Made by a program: the position numbers and the translations under genes. A DNA stretch of 63,682 bases, the filler included, from Candidatus Fermentibacterota bacterium (GTDB taxonomy: Bacteria; JAFGKV01): the NCBI GenBank assembly GCA_016928395.1. It is 8 parts of 8 records of this genome, joined end to end, with 100 filler letters (N's around TTAATTAATTAA, not from the genome) between each part and the next. Parts side by side here need not be neighbours in the genome. Positions count along the whole stretch, not along the records: positions 9,401 to 23,063 come from JAFGKV010000196.1; 7 more parts are not named here. One strand, given 5' to 3'. Below the pieces are notes generated by a model. That model ran no database searches. It was not told where the DNA came from and saw only the letters and a list, made by a program, of their open reading frames with translations. Below are positions 9,401 to 19,576 of the stretch, piece by piece. Each line of letters opens with the position of its first letter. Within the stretch, counting starts at the first letter, position 1.

Positions 9401-9805
9401 GAGGAGATAGGAGACATCCCCGACCGCCGACTGGCGGAGGCGCGCGGTCAGTATCGCTAGGGATAGTCGACATACACCACGGATTCACTGCGAGAGCGAT
9501 GGTGGTTTCATGACGAACCGTGCAGCTCACCCGAGGCTCGTACCCGTTGTGGTTTCCATCTCCATCCCTTCATTGATCCATCATCTTGACAAGGAAGTCC
9601 GCAGGTCGGACATTGTACGGTTTGTTATTGAGACGAAATTGGTTGTTCTGTTTTTCTTCGCCTTGGGGCGCTTCGCCTGGGGGGTTGTGTCTCCCCGCCC
9701 GTGCCGATAGGAGCCTGCGTAGAGGCGTGCCCGAACAATGCCCCACGGTTCTGATCCATTCACACACACCCGCAATGATCCTCCTTCCGGAGTGTGGAGG
9801 TCTGT

Positions 9806-10123
9806 ATGTACATGATTGTTGAGGCCGGCGGTATGCAGTTCCGGCTCGAGCCCAATGGCATGGTCAAGGTTCCCCTGATGCCCGCCGAGCCGGGCCAGTC
9901 GGTCAACTTGGAGCATGTGTTGGCATGTGAGGATGAGCACGGGGTGGTTTTGGGTCGTCCCTTCATCGAGGGCGCCGTGGCGCGGGCCACCGTGGTCAGC
10001 CATGGGCGGGGTCCGAAGATCAGAGGTTTCAAGTTCAAGCGTCGCAAGAACTACCGCCGGCACTGGGGTCATCGACAGGGCTACACCGAGCTCAGAGTCG
10101 ATGAGCTTGTGGTTCCCCGCTAG
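9806..10123 (+). CDS. rplU: 50S ribosomal protein L21
   Basis: [12 protein letters not shown]...GRPFIEGA...[27 protein letters not shown]. Confidence 0.95.
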   Translation: MYMIVEAGGMQFRLEPNGMVKVPLMPAEPGQSVNLEHVLACEDEHGVVLGRPFIEGAVARATVVSHGRGPKIRGFKFKRRKNYRRHWGHRQGYTELRVDELVVPR

Positions 10124-10146
10124 CGTCGGCACGGCCGGAGGATACG

Positions 10147-10407
10147 ATGGCACACAAAAAGGGCGTTGGTTCAAGCAGGAACGGGCGTGATTCGAATTCC
10201 CAGCGACTGGGAGTGAAGCGATACGCGGGGGAGTTTGTTCGCGCGGGCTCGATTCTGGTCCGCCAGCGCGGCACCCGGCTCATCCCTGGTACCAATGTGG
10301 GCCGGGGAAGCGACGATACCCTGTTTTCTCTCATTGACGGCTTCGTGGCGACCGAGCGCACGGGCCGCGACCGCAAGCGGGTAAGCGTCTACCCCGAGCG
10401 CGTGTAG
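10147..10407 (+). CDS. rpmA: 50S ribosomal protein L27
   Basis: [24 protein letters not shown]...RQRGT. Confidence 0.98.
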   Translation: MAHKKGVGSSRNGRDSNSQRLGVKRYAGEFVRAGSILVRQRGTRLIPGTNVGRGSDDTLFSLIDGFVATERTGRDRKRVSVYPERV

Positions 10408-10423
10408 TCTGCCGGGCCGAAGT

Positions 10424-11158
10424 ATGGCCCTGGGGGTGATTCCCGCACGGTTCGGGTCTAGTCGTTTTCCCGGAAAGGTGCTCTTTCCGCTCGCCGGCAA
10501 GCCCATGGTTCAATGGGTATGGGAACGGGCGCGCCGTGCACCAGCCATCCGCGATCTACTCATCGCCACTGACGACGAGAGGGTTCGCGATACGGCGCGC
10601 GGCTTCGGCGCTGAGGTGGTGATGACCCGGGCGGATCACCCGTCCGGCACGAGCCGAGTGGTCGAAGCCGCCAGCGCTTTTTCCCACGACATCGTGCTCA
10701 ATATCCAAGCGGACGAGCCGCTGGTGAATCCCGCGCTCCTTGACCTGCTGGTGAACGCGCTCCACGAATCCCCGTGGGCCCACGTGGCCACACCCGCGGT
10801 GGCCTTGCGCGACGACGCGCGGCTTGCCAATCCCAATGTCGTCAAGCTTGTCATGGCGAAAGATCGGAGAGTCTTGTTCTTTTCCCGCGGCTCCATACCA
10901 TGCGGTTTTCATCCCTGCGCACGGGATTCAGTCACGTGGGAGCACCAAGGCATCTATGCGTTCCGCAGGTCAGTGCTGGATGCCTGGGACTCGCTGGCTG
11001 ATTCGCCTCTGGCCGAGGCCGAGGAACTGGAGCAGCTTCGGCTCATGGACGCCGGGTATCTCTTCGTGGCGGTGATTGCGCCCCAACCCTCGCCGGGTGT
11101 GAACACTCCCGACGACATTCCTCTTGTGGAACGGCTCTTGGAGGAGGCTTCACTGTGA
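10424..11158 (+). CDS. kdsB: CMP-Kdo synthetase
   Basis: VIPARFGSSRFPGK, HPSGTSR, NIQADEP, ELEQLRL. Confidence 0.93.
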   Translation: MALGVIPARFGSSRFPGKVLFPLAGKPMVQWVWERARRAPAIRDLLIATDDERVRDTARGFGAEVVMTRADHPSGTSRVVEAASAFSHDIVLNIQADEPLVNPALLDLLVNALHESPWAHVATPAVALRDDARLANPNVVKLVMAKDRRVLFFSRGSIPCGFHPCARDSVTWEHQGIYAFRRSVLDAWDSLADSPLAEAEELEQLRLMDAGYLFVAVIAPQPSPGVNTPDDIPLVERLLEEASL

Positions 11159-12900
11159 GCATCGACGGTGAATTTCGGATCGTCTCGGTCCTTGGCGGCG
11201 TACTCAGCGGCATAGGCAAGGGCCTGGCTACGGCATCCATCGCCCGCATCCTGCAGGAGTACGGATATCGGACCACCGCTATGAAGATCGATCCGTACAT
11301 CAACTACGATGCCGGCACGCTGCGTCCCACGGAACACGGAGAGGTATGGGTCACCTTCGACGGTGGCGAGATCGACCAGGATCTCGGCACGTATGAGCGT
11401 TTTCTTGGCAGGGAGTTGTCCAAGCGCAACAACATCACTACGGGGCAGGTGTACAAGAGCGTCATCGAACGGGAGCGCCGAGGGGAGTATCTGGGCAAGA
11501 CGGTACAACTCATTCCCCACATCCAGGAAGAGATCGTCAACCGCATTCTTGAGATTGCCCACGGCTACGAATGCGTCCTGGTCGAGGTCGGCGGCACCAT
11601 CGGCGACCACGAGAATGTTCCTTTTCTCTTGGCCCTCAAGCATCTGGAGCGGCGGTTCGGACCGGGGCGCGTCGTTCATGTGCTGCTGACCTATCTCCCC
11701 ATTCCCGGGCACTTGGGCGAGATGAAGACAAAGCCGGCCCAGCAGGCCATACGGATGCTCTCGGAGACCGGCATCTTCCCGACGCTCATTCTGTGCCGCG
11801 CCGAGCATGAGGTTGATCAAGTCCGCAAGAACAAGATCGAGACCTATGCCAACATCGATGCCGACAGCGTGATCAGCGCGCCCGATGTGCGGCATCTCTA
11901 CTCGCTGCCGCTGCTGTTCGAGCGCGAGGGGCTAGGAAGAAAACTCCTGGCCAAACTCGGCCTCCCGCCTCGCCGCGAGCCGGATTGGCGACCCTGGCGC
12001 GATGCGGTGTACCGGCTTGAACATCCGCAGAGGTCCTGCCGAATCGCCATCGTGGGGAAGTACGTTGACTCTGGGAGTTTCAGCCTGAGTGACAGCTATG
12101 TCTCCATCAATCGGGCTCTCGAACATGCGGCCGTGGCCCGTGGCACCCAGGTAGAGGTGCAGTGGGTTGACTCCAAAACGCTGGAGCACCAACCACCCGA
12201 GCAGATCCTGGCCCCCTACCACGGCATAATCATACCCGGCGGTTTCGGCGCCACAGGCATGGAAGGCAAGATCGCGGCGATTTGCCATGCCCGAGAGCAG
12301 GGGTTGCCGTTCTTGGGCCTGTGCTACGGGCTCCATTTGGCCGTTGTCGAGTATGCCAGGAATGTCATGGGACTGGTGGGCGCCGCTACTACCGAGGTGG
12401 AGCCCATGTCTCCCCATCCCGTCATCGACCTGCTCCCCAGCCAGAAGGAGCGGATGAAGACCGACGGATACGGCGGCACGATGCGTCTGGGGGCATACTC
12501 CGCCCAACTGGACGACACCACGGAAGTCTACCGTCTCTACCGCTCCACAGGCCGCCTCGATCGAGACCGCGAACGGCTCCTGGAGCTTCGGGATGACCCC
12601 GCCGCAGCCTTTCGGGTCGGCGGCGTCGATTTGGGCCGTCCCTGCATTATCGAGCGGCATCGCCATCGCTATGAAGTGAATGACCTCTATGTGGATCAGC
12701 TTCGCCAGGCAGGGCTGTTGCTGTCCGGGTGGCATGTCAGGGTCGACGGTCGGATCCTGGTGGAATTCATCGAACTCCAGGAGCATGAGTTCTTCGTTGC
12801 TACCCAGGCGCATCCTGAGTTTCGCTCCCGGCTGGAGGATCCGTCTCCGCTGTTTCTCGGGCTGGTCGAGGCGGCCGAGCGGCGCGCAGGGCAGGGGTGA
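11155..12900 (+). CDS. pyrG: CTP synthase
   Basis: GGVLSGIGKG, KIDPYIN, KTKPAQ, GLCYG, ERHRHRYEV, QAHPEF. Confidence 0.97.
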   Translation: MSIDGEFRIVSVLGGVLSGIGKGLATASIARILQEYGYRTTAMKIDPYINYDAGTLRPTEHGEVWVTFDGGEIDQDLGTYERFLGRELSKRNNITTGQVYKSVIERERRGEYLGKTVQLIPHIQEEIVNRILEIAHGYECVLVEVGGTIGDHENVPFLLALKHLERRFGPGRVVHVLLTYLPIPGHLGEMKTKPAQQAIRMLSETGIFPTLILCRAEHEVDQVRKNKIETYANIDADSVISAPDVRHLYSLPLLFEREGLGRKLLAKLGLPPRREPDWRPWRDAVYRLEHPQRSCRIAIVGKYVDSGSFSLSDSYVSINRALEHAAVARGTQVEVQWVDSKTLEHQPPEQILAPYHGIIIPGGFGATGMEGKIAAICHAREQGLPFLGLCYGLHLAVVEYARNVMGLVGAATTEVEPMSPHPVIDLLPSQKERMKTDGYGGTMRLGAYSAQLDDTTEVYRLYRSTGRLDRDRERLLELRDDPAAAFRVGGVDLGRPCIIERHRHRYEVNDLYVDQLRQAGLLLSGWHVRVDGRILVEFIELQEHEFFVATQAHPEFRSRLEDPSPLFLGLVEAAERRAGQG

Positions 12901-13739
12901 TGAGCGTCGGGAGCGTACGGATAGGCCCGGTGACCGTGGGCGGGACCGGTTTCGCGTTGGTAGGCGGCCCATGCGTCATCGAGGGGGAGGACATGCTCCT
13001 GGAAACCGCCCAGTTCCTCGCGGATCTCTGCCGAGGCCTCGGGGTCGGTTTCGTCCTGAAGTCGAGCTACGTGAAGGCCAACAGGACTGCGGGCGATTCG
13101 TACCGCGGTCCTGGGATTCAAGAGGGTCTCGATGTTCTCCGCAGGGTGAAGGACCGAGTGAATTGCCCCGTACTGGTGGATGTGCATGAGCGCGACGAGG
13201 TGGAGATTGCCGCCCGAGTGGCGGACGCCGTGCAGATCCCGGCGTTTCTGTGCCGCCAAACGGCTCTGCTCGAGGCCGCCGGCAGATGCGGCAGGCCAGT
13301 GAACATCAAGAAGGGGCAGTTCATGGCCCCTGATGACATGGCGTTCGCAGCACAGAAGGTGGAGCGGGCCGGAGGAGCTGGCGTCATTCTCACCGAACGG
13401 GGGACCTTCTTCGGGTATCATGATCTCGTCGTGGACATGCGTGGCATGCTGCGCATGCGGGCCATGGGGTATCCCGTGCTCTTCGATGCGACCCACAGCA
13501 CCCAGTCGCCCGGGGGCCTTGGGGGGCATTCCGGAGGCGACCGCGAATTGGCCGCTCCTCTGGCGAGGGCTGCCGCGGCCCTCGGCATCGACGGGATCTT
13601 CATGGAGGTGCACCCTGCGCCACAGCACGCCCGAAGCGACTCCGCGGCGCAGCTGGATTTTTCCGGTGCACGAAGCCTCGTGGGTCAGGTATTGGCAGTG
13701 CGCCGCTCGCTCCGGGAGGAGTTCACGGTTGACGGTTGA
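12897..13739 (+). CDS. kdsA: KDO8P synthase
   Basis: GPCVIE, KANRT, QIPAFLCRQT, NIKKGQF, FDATHS. Confidence 0.96.
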   Translation: MMSVGSVRIGPVTVGGTGFALVGGPCVIEGEDMLLETAQFLADLCRGLGVGFVLKSSYVKANRTAGDSYRGPGIQEGLDVLRRVKDRVNCPVLVDVHERDEVEIAARVADAVQIPAFLCRQTALLEAAGRCGRPVNIKKGQFMAPDDMAFAAQKVERAGGAGVILTERGTFFGYHDLVVDMRGMLRMRAMGYPVLFDATHSTQSPGGLGGHSGGDRELAAPLARAAAALGIDGIFMEVHPAPQHARSDSAAQLDFSGARSLVGQVLAVRRSLREEFTVDG

Positions 13740-13856
13740 CCATTCACGCTTCACCGATCATTCCGTCCTCCACACTCCCTGCATCACTCTACCCATCCCT
13801 CGTCTTCTCTCTCCATTCGTCCATCATTTTCGATCCCCCTTACTCCCTCAGGTGCT

Positions 13857-14414
13857 ATGACTCCCGGCGTTCTGGCGCTCGACGTCGACGGAGTCCTCAC
13901 CGACGGCGGCATCTACGTGAGCGAGGGAGGAGAAGAGATGCTTCGCTTCAGTGTGCTGGACGGGTTCGGCATTAGAAGGTGGATCGACGCAGGAGGGTTG
14001 TGCGTATGGATCAGTGCGCGGAGCTCGACCGCCATGGGGGCCAGGGCAGAGCGTTTGGGTGTTCCTCACGTTCTTCTGGGCGTCGTCGACAAGAGCGCCG
14101 CCTTGGAGGATTTCCTCGCCGGTCATGGACACTCATGGCAGGATGTAGTGTATATCGGAGATGACCTCGTCGACCTGGAGCCGGTGCGCAAGGCCGGCTT
14201 TGGTGTTGCCGTGGCCTCTGCAGTTGCCCCCTTGAAGTCGGCCGCGGCGTATGTCACGACCGCTGCGGGAGGGCATGGGGCCGTGCGAGAGGTCGTCGAC
14301 AGGATTTTGGATTCGGCCATGGAATGTGACCATGAAGCTGCCCAAGAGGCCCAGAAGAGCGATGGCGGACAGGGCCGTCCGGTTGCTGGCCGCGGCGGCC
14401 CGCCTAGTGCCTGA
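13857..14414 (+). CDS. kdsC: KDO8P phosphatase (HAD)
   Basis: LDVDGVLTDG, YIGDDLVD, GGHGAVREV. Confidence 0.92.
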   Translation: MTPGVLALDVDGVLTDGGIYVSEGGEEMLRFSVLDGFGIRRWIDAGGLCVWISARSSTAMGARAERLGVPHVLLGVVDKSAALEDFLAGHGHSWQDVVYIGDDLVDLEPVRKAGFGVAVASAVAPLKSAAAYVTTAAGGHGAVREVVDRILDSAMECDHEAAQEAQKSDGGQGRPVAGRGGPPSA

Positions 14415-15234
14415 GTCGTGGGTTTATCCCGTGGGTCGGCGACTGGGCCGGATTGCAGCGTACGCAGGTCGGGCCTACAGCGCCCGGGCGCATGCGAACA
14501 TCGCCGCGGTGTTTCCGACATGGACCCCTGCACGGCGGAGGGGCGTCGTCCTCCGCATGTTCGAGCATCTGGGAATCGGCGTGCTGGAGGCTGTTCGTTT
14601 GCCCACTACGCCGTTGGCTGTTCGATCTGAACGGGTGTCGGTGCAGGGACGGGAGATCTTCGATGCAGCCTTTCGGCGGGGGCGGGGCGTCGTTGCGGCC
14701 ACGGGGCACATCGGGAACTGGGAGGTATTGGCGGCCTGTTTTGCCGACTTGGGCTATCCCGTGCATGTGGTGGCGCGACGCCACCCCAACCCCAGGCTCC
14801 ACGACTTCATTGTGGGCTTGCGCAATGGCTACGGCGTCAATGTGTTGGATCGGGATCGCGATACCCGTGGAATGCTCAAGGCTTTGCGCGGAGGCGAAAT
14901 CGTTGCGCTGCTGGTCGACCAGGATACCCGTGTTCAGGGTACGATGTTGCCGTTTCTTGGGGTCCCGGCCGTGACGCCTCTGGGTCATGTCCGCCTGGCG
15001 TTGCGTACGGGAGCGGCACTGGTTGCACTCACCATCACCCGTGAGGACTCCGGGAGGCACGCGGTGACGGTCTGGGAGGAAATCATCCCGGACACCTCGC
15101 TCCCGGAGGAGGATCGCACAGAGGTCATGGCGCGCAGGTGTAATGAGATCCTGGGAAAAGCCATCAGCCTCGCACCTGAGCAGTGGGTCTGGATGCACCG
15201 ACGTTGGCGACAACCTTCGAGAGTGACCACATGA
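14332..15234 (+). CDS. Lipid A late acyltransferase (LpxL/HtrB family)
   Basis: TGHIGNWE, LLVDQD, PEQWVWMHRRW. Confidence 0.9.
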   Translation: MKLPKRPRRAMADRAVRLLAAAARLVPESWVYPVGRRLGRIAAYAGRAYSARAHANIAAVFPTWTPARRRGVVLRMFEHLGIGVLEAVRLPTTPLAVRSERVSVQGREIFDAAFRRGRGVVAATGHIGNWEVLAACFADLGYPVHVVARRHPNPRLHDFIVGLRNGYGVNVLDRDRDTRGMLKALRGGEIVALLVDQDTRVQGTMLPFLGVPAVTPLGHVRLALRTGAALVALTITREDSGRHAVTVWEEIIPDTSLPEEDRTEVMARRCNEILGKAISLAPEQWVWMHRRWRQPSRVTT

Positions 15235-15758
15235 GAATCCATGGAGTTCTGGCGGGAATTGCGGCGCTCTTGGCCTGCGGCCCCAATGTGGCCAATCCAC
15301 CACGGAGCCTTGATGTGCCTGCACAGGAGATCGGTGATTTCTCCTTTACCGAAACACGACTTGGCATCCCCCGGTGGACTCTTCATGGCAAGGGGCTGAG
15401 CGATTTCCGGTCGAAGGAGCACGTCGTGGTCGAAGGAGTAAAGGTTGACTTCTTCCGTCTCGAGGCCGATTCATTGCTCATCACCAGCACCCTCCGGGCA
15501 GATAGTGGCGAGTTTCACCGGACGAGCCGTGACATGCGGGTCTGGGGTGATGTCGTCATCACCAATGCAGAGGGCACCGAGCTGCTCACCGGATGGTTGC
15601 GCTGGATCGAGCAGACGGAATTGGTGTCCACCCTTGATACGGTGTTGGTGCGCCGCGATACTCACATCATGCGCGGCACCGGCCTAGAGAGCGACCCTGA
15701 GCTGCGCAATGTCCGCATACTCCGCGATGTCGTTGGTTCCTTGGGGTCCAAAAAGTAG
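15231..15758 (+). CDS. lptC: LPS export protein LptC
   Basis: N-terminal anchor; STLRADSG...GDVVITN..GTELLT..LRW...GTGLESDPEL; position in the operon. Confidence 0.8.
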   Translation: MRIHGVLAGIAALLACGPNVANPPRSLDVPAQEIGDFSFTETRLGIPRWTLHGKGLSDFRSKEHVVVEGVKVDFFRLEADSLLITSTLRADSGEFHRTSRDMRVWGDVVITNAEGTELLTGWLRWIEQTELVSTLDTVLVRRDTHIMRGTGLESDPELRNVRILRDVVGSLGSKK

Positions 15759-15958
15759 GCACTGTTGCGCATGGGGTGAGGGTTGGCGATCTTGACGAGT
15801 GGAATGCCGGAATGATGGGAAGAATGGAAAGGCGGACGGACAGCCGAGAGCTCCGAGAGAGCCTCCTCGCGGAATGGAGCATATGGTCAAAGAGGCCCAG
15901 AACCGTGTACGTGTACGAGCAGAGTGCACAACCGAACCCTGAGATCTGAGTAGGAACC

Positions 15959-16729
15959 ATGCTTGAGGCTGTTGCCCTGGTCAAGTCGTACAAGCGGCGT
16001 CGGGTGGTGGATCACGTGGATCTTCAGGTGGAGCCGGGGCAGATTGTCGGGCTGCTGGGTCCCAACGGTGCGGGCAAGACCACAACCTTCTACATGATGG
16101 TCGGCATAGTCTCCGCCGATGAGGGTACTGTCAGTGCCGATGGTATCCTCATGAGCCATCTCCCGGTGTATCGAAGGGCGAGGCTGGGGATCGGATACCT
16201 TAGTCAGGAACCATCCGTGTTCCGGCGTTTGACGGTGGAGGAGAATGTCATCGCAGTGCTGGAAATGCTGCGCTTTCCCCCGGACAATCCGACGGAGCGT
16301 GGGAAGACCCCTGCCCGAAGCAGGCGTCTCACACGATCGGCGATCCGGTCCAGGGTCGATGAACTACTCCATGAGCTTGGTTTGGAGTCATTGGCCCGGC
16401 AATCGGCCTACACGCTCTCCGGAGGCGAACGACGGCGGGTAGAGATCGCCCGCGCTCTTGCCACGGGTCCCCGCTACCTGTTGCTGGACGAACCCTTCAG
16501 CGGTATCGATCCCATTGCGGTTGCCGAACTCCAGGGCATCGTCGAACACCTACGAACCAAAGGACTCGGCGTACTCATCACCGATCACAATGTGAGAGAA
16601 ACCTTGGCCATCACCAACTACGCATATATCATGTATGAGGGAAAGATCATGCGCGCTGGATCCTCCCACGAACTGGCGGAGGATCCGGAAGCCCGCAGGC
16701 TCTACCTGGGTGATCGTTTCAGGCTGTAG
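15959..16729 (+). CDS. lptB: LPS export ABC ATPase
   Basis: GPNGAGKTTTFYM, LSGGERRRVEIARAL, LLDEPF, ITDHNVRETL. Confidence 0.96.
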   Translation: MLEAVALVKSYKRRRVVDHVDLQVEPGQIVGLLGPNGAGKTTTFYMMVGIVSADEGTVSADGILMSHLPVYRRARLGIGYLSQEPSVFRRLTVEENVIAVLEMLRFPPDNPTERGKTPARSRRLTRSAIRSRVDELLHELGLESLARQSAYTLSGGERRRVEIARALATGPRYLLLDEPFSGIDPIAVAELQGIVEHLRTKGLGVLITDHNVRETLAITNYAYIMYEGKIMRAGSSHELAEDPEARRLYLGDRFRL

Positions 16730-16743
16730 GAAGGGATTGGCAT

Positions 16744-18168
16744 ATGGCCATTGAGATGGGCTTCGAACTCGGCCTCAGGCAAACGCAGAGGCTGGTGATG
16801 ACGCCCAAGCTTCAACAGGCTCTGAGGCTCCTTCAAATGCCTATGGCCCAGTTGGAGGAGACGATCCGAGAGGAGCTGGAGTCCAACCCTGTCCTGGAAG
16901 TCAGCGCCGACGGAGGGACCGATCAGGATTCAGCGGATTCGGCTCCCGAGGTGGCGGGCGAAGAGACCCCTGCGCCTGAGACACCGCCTGAAGAAGAGGT
17001 TGATTGGAGTGCGCTTCTGGATGATGATCGCCCTTCCACGGCGTGGGAGCGCGAAACCCCTTCGAATGACGAATGGGAACCTCCCATCGTCAGCAGGACT
17101 GGGCTTTCCGAGCATCTTCTGGGCCAGCTCAGGCTAGACTCTCTCTCGCCTGATGATATCGCCATCGGCGAGTACATCGTCGGCAGCCTTGACGACGACG
17201 GGCTTCTGCGGAGCATCACCGTTGATGAGATCGCCACGAATCTTGGTGTGGACCGGGAGCAGGTCGAGAAGGTGCGGTCACACATACGGCAGCTGGATCC
17301 TGTCGGCGTAGGATCTGTCGACCTTCGTGAGGCCCTGTTGTCTCAGCTTGAGGCTGCAGGCGAGGTCGATTCTCTGGCGTACCGTATCGTAGAGTCTCAT
17401 CTCGACGATCTCCTGCACAAACGCTTCCCTCGGCTAGTCGCGGCCCTCGGGTGTTCCATGGAAGACGTCCAAGCGGCCTCTGATCGCATCTCGCATCTTG
17501 ACCCACGAATCGGCGCACGGTACTCCGGTGAGGATCCGCGTTTCGTGACCCCGGATTTAGTTGTGGACGAGGTGGATGGAGAGTATGTGGTTTCGTTGAA
17601 TGAAACCCATTTGCCACGGCTCCGCATCAGTCCTCTGTATCAGGAGATCCTCACCGGCGGTGGTGATGAAGACGTCAAGGCCTATGTCGGCGGGCGACTG
17701 AATGCGGCCAGGTGGCTCATCCGGACCATTGACCAGCGCCGTAGAACAATGATCAAGGTGATGCGGTACATCGTTGAAGTGCAGCGGGAGTTTTTCCGCT
17801 ACGGGGATACTCATCTGCGACCACTTACCTTGCAGGAGGTGGCGGATGGAGTAGGTATGCACGAGTCGACCATCAGCCGCGTGACAAGTGGCAAGTATGT
17901 GCAGACGCCCCGGGGCGTATTCGAACTCAAGTATTTCTTTGGAGGAGGGCTCAGGAATCGCGATGGAGAGGAGGTCAGCGTCAAGACCGTCAAACGCATC
18001 ATCCGTGATCTCGTGAGCCGGGAGGATCCCGCGAATCCGCTCAGTGATGAGCGAATCGCGGATGAACTCCGGTCAAAGGGTTTCGGTATCGCGAGGAGGA
18101 CGGTCAGCAAGTATCGTGAGCAAATGAGCATTCTTCCTGCACGATTACGGCAGCATAAGACCGCCTGA
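16744..18168 (+). CDS. rpoN: RNA polymerase sigma-54 factor
   Basis: Q/L-rich region I, MHESTISRVT, RpoN box ARRTVSKYRE. Confidence 0.97.
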   Translation: MAIEMGFELGLRQTQRLVMTPKLQQALRLLQMPMAQLEETIREELESNPVLEVSADGGTDQDSADSAPEVAGEETPAPETPPEEEVDWSALLDDDRPSTAWERETPSNDEWEPPIVSRTGLSEHLLGQLRLDSLSPDDIAIGEYIVGSLDDDGLLRSITVDEIATNLGVDREQVEKVRSHIRQLDPVGVGSVDLREALLSQLEAAGEVDSLAYRIVESHLDDLLHKRFPRLVAALGCSMEDVQAASDRISHLDPRIGARYSGEDPRFVTPDLVVDEVDGEYVVSLNETHLPRLRISPLYQEILTGGGDEDVKAYVGGRLNAARWLIRTIDQRRRTMIKVMRYIVEVQREFFRYGDTHLRPLTLQEVADGVGMHESTISRVTSGKYVQTPRGVFELKYFFGGGLRNRDGEEVSVKTVKRIIRDLVSREDPANPLSDERIADELRSKGFGIARRTVSKYREQMSILPARLRQHKTA

Positions 18169-18200
18169 CGGTCTTGGAGGCGACGGAAAGGAGGACTCGC

Positions 18201-18563
18201 ATGCGGGTCACCATCACAGGGAGACACTTCGAACTCACCGAGGCGCTGAAACTGCGGATCGAGGAGAAACTGGCGAAAATTGAGCGGTTCTCGTTGCGAA
18301 TACCCGAGGCCAATGTCACCCTGGCGGTAGAGAAGTATCGGCACAAAGCCGAAATCATCCTGCATGTGAACCATAGCGTGATGACGTCCAAGGCGGAAAG
18401 TGACGACATGTACGTGTCAGTCGATTCCTGCATCGATAAGCTCCAGCGCATGCTTCGTCGCTATAAGACAAAGCACGCACCCAAACCTCCGAAGAGCGGG
18501 CCTGTTCCTGTGTCACGAAAGGAAGAGGAAGAAGACGAGGAGGATTTTGACGACGAAGAATAG
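18201..18563 (+). CDS. hpf: Ribosome hibernation factor (HPF/RaiA)
   Basis: MRVTITGRHFELTEALK...DMYVSVD...KLQRMLRRYK; acidic tail. Confidence 0.92.
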   Translation: MRVTITGRHFELTEALKLRIEEKLAKIERFSLRIPEANVTLAVEKYRHKAEIILHVNHSVMTSKAESDDMYVSVDSCIDKLQRMLRRYKTKHAPKPPKSGPVPVSRKEEEEDEEDFDDEE

Positions 18564-18595
18564 CGGACGATACCGAGCCCAGTCAGGAGGACATC

Positions 18596-19570
18596 GTGGC
18601 GCAAGTCACCGTTAGGGCTCTCTACGCCGCCAAGAAGGACGATCTCGGTCTGGAGTTGCTCACGGGGGAAGAGACCCTGGACATGAGCATCTCGGTCATC
18701 GAGGTGAACCGATTGGGTCTCTGTTTGGCGGGGCACACGGGCTCGTTCATGGAGAAAAGTGTTCAGGTAGTCGGCCAGACCGAGTTAGGGTACCTTGCCG
18801 CGCTCCCGCGGGCCCGGCGCCGCGAGGCAGTGGAGAGCGTGGTCGGCTACAGCCTTCCCATGATCGTGATCACCCGTGGCCTCGAACCTCCTGAAGGTCT
18901 TGTCCCAGATGCCAACCGACACGCAATACCGGTGCTTCGTTCCACCCTGCCCACAGGGGAACTGATCCGACGGCTGACCGCGTACCTCGAGTACATGCTG
19001 TCCCCCCGTCTCACCGTCCATGGCACCTTGGTGGATGTGTACGGTGTAGGGCTCCTCTACACCGGCGAGGCTGCCATCGGAAAGAGCGAATGCGCGCTGG
19101 ATCTCATCGAGCGAGGACACCGGCTCATTGCCGACGATGTGGTGACGCTCTTCCGCAGAGGTCGCGTGGTAATCGGCCAGGCCAATGAACTCACCGGGTT
19201 TCACATGGAGATCAGGGGAGTGGGCATTGTCAACGCCCAGGCGCTTTTTGGGATCCGAGCGGTGGGCATGCACAAGCGCGTGGAGGTTGTCGTTAATCTT
19301 GCCGAGTGGACCAAGGACAATCCTCAGGTCGACTATGATCGGTTGGGTATTGAGTATGAACATGTCGACATGCTTGGCGTCGAAATCCCAAGAGTGAGTA
19401 TCCCGATCTTCCCAGGCAAGAACATCACGGTGATCAGCGAAGTCGTCGCAATGAACCACATTTTGAGGGTTCACGGCTGCAACGCCGCCATGGATTTCGA
19501 GAAGCGCATGATCGAGTTGCTCAGCCAGAAACGATCCGCCGAGTCCTACTTCCTCGACGCCGAGGAGTAG
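18596..19570 (+). CDS. hprK: HPr kinase/phosphorylase
   Basis: HGTLVDVYGVG, IGKSECALDLIERGHRLIADD, MEIRGVGI. Confidence 0.96.
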   Translation: MAQVTVRALYAAKKDDLGLELLTGEETLDMSISVIEVNRLGLCLAGHTGSFMEKSVQVVGQTELGYLAALPRARRREAVESVVGYSLPMIVITRGLEPPEGLVPDANRHAIPVLRSTLPTGELIRRLTAYLEYMLSPRLTVHGTLVDVYGVGLLYTGEAAIGKSECALDLIERGHRLIADDVVTLFRRGRVVIGQANELTGFHMEIRGVGIVNAQALFGIRAVGMHKRVEVVVNLAEWTKDNPQVDYDRLGIEYEHVDMLGVEIPRVSIPIFPGKNITVISEVVAMNHILRVHGCNAAMDFEKRMIELLSQKRSAESYFLDAEE

Positions 19571-19576
19571 CAGGTC

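Noticed and set aside
14332..14414. Programmed frameshift or kdsC-lpxL fusion
   Set aside because: The 83-bp overlap is explained by a low-complexity KdsC tail; both genes are intact and no slippery site is evident
15759..15958. lptA pseudogene
   Set aside because: No recognisable LptA-like translation found; only short repeats
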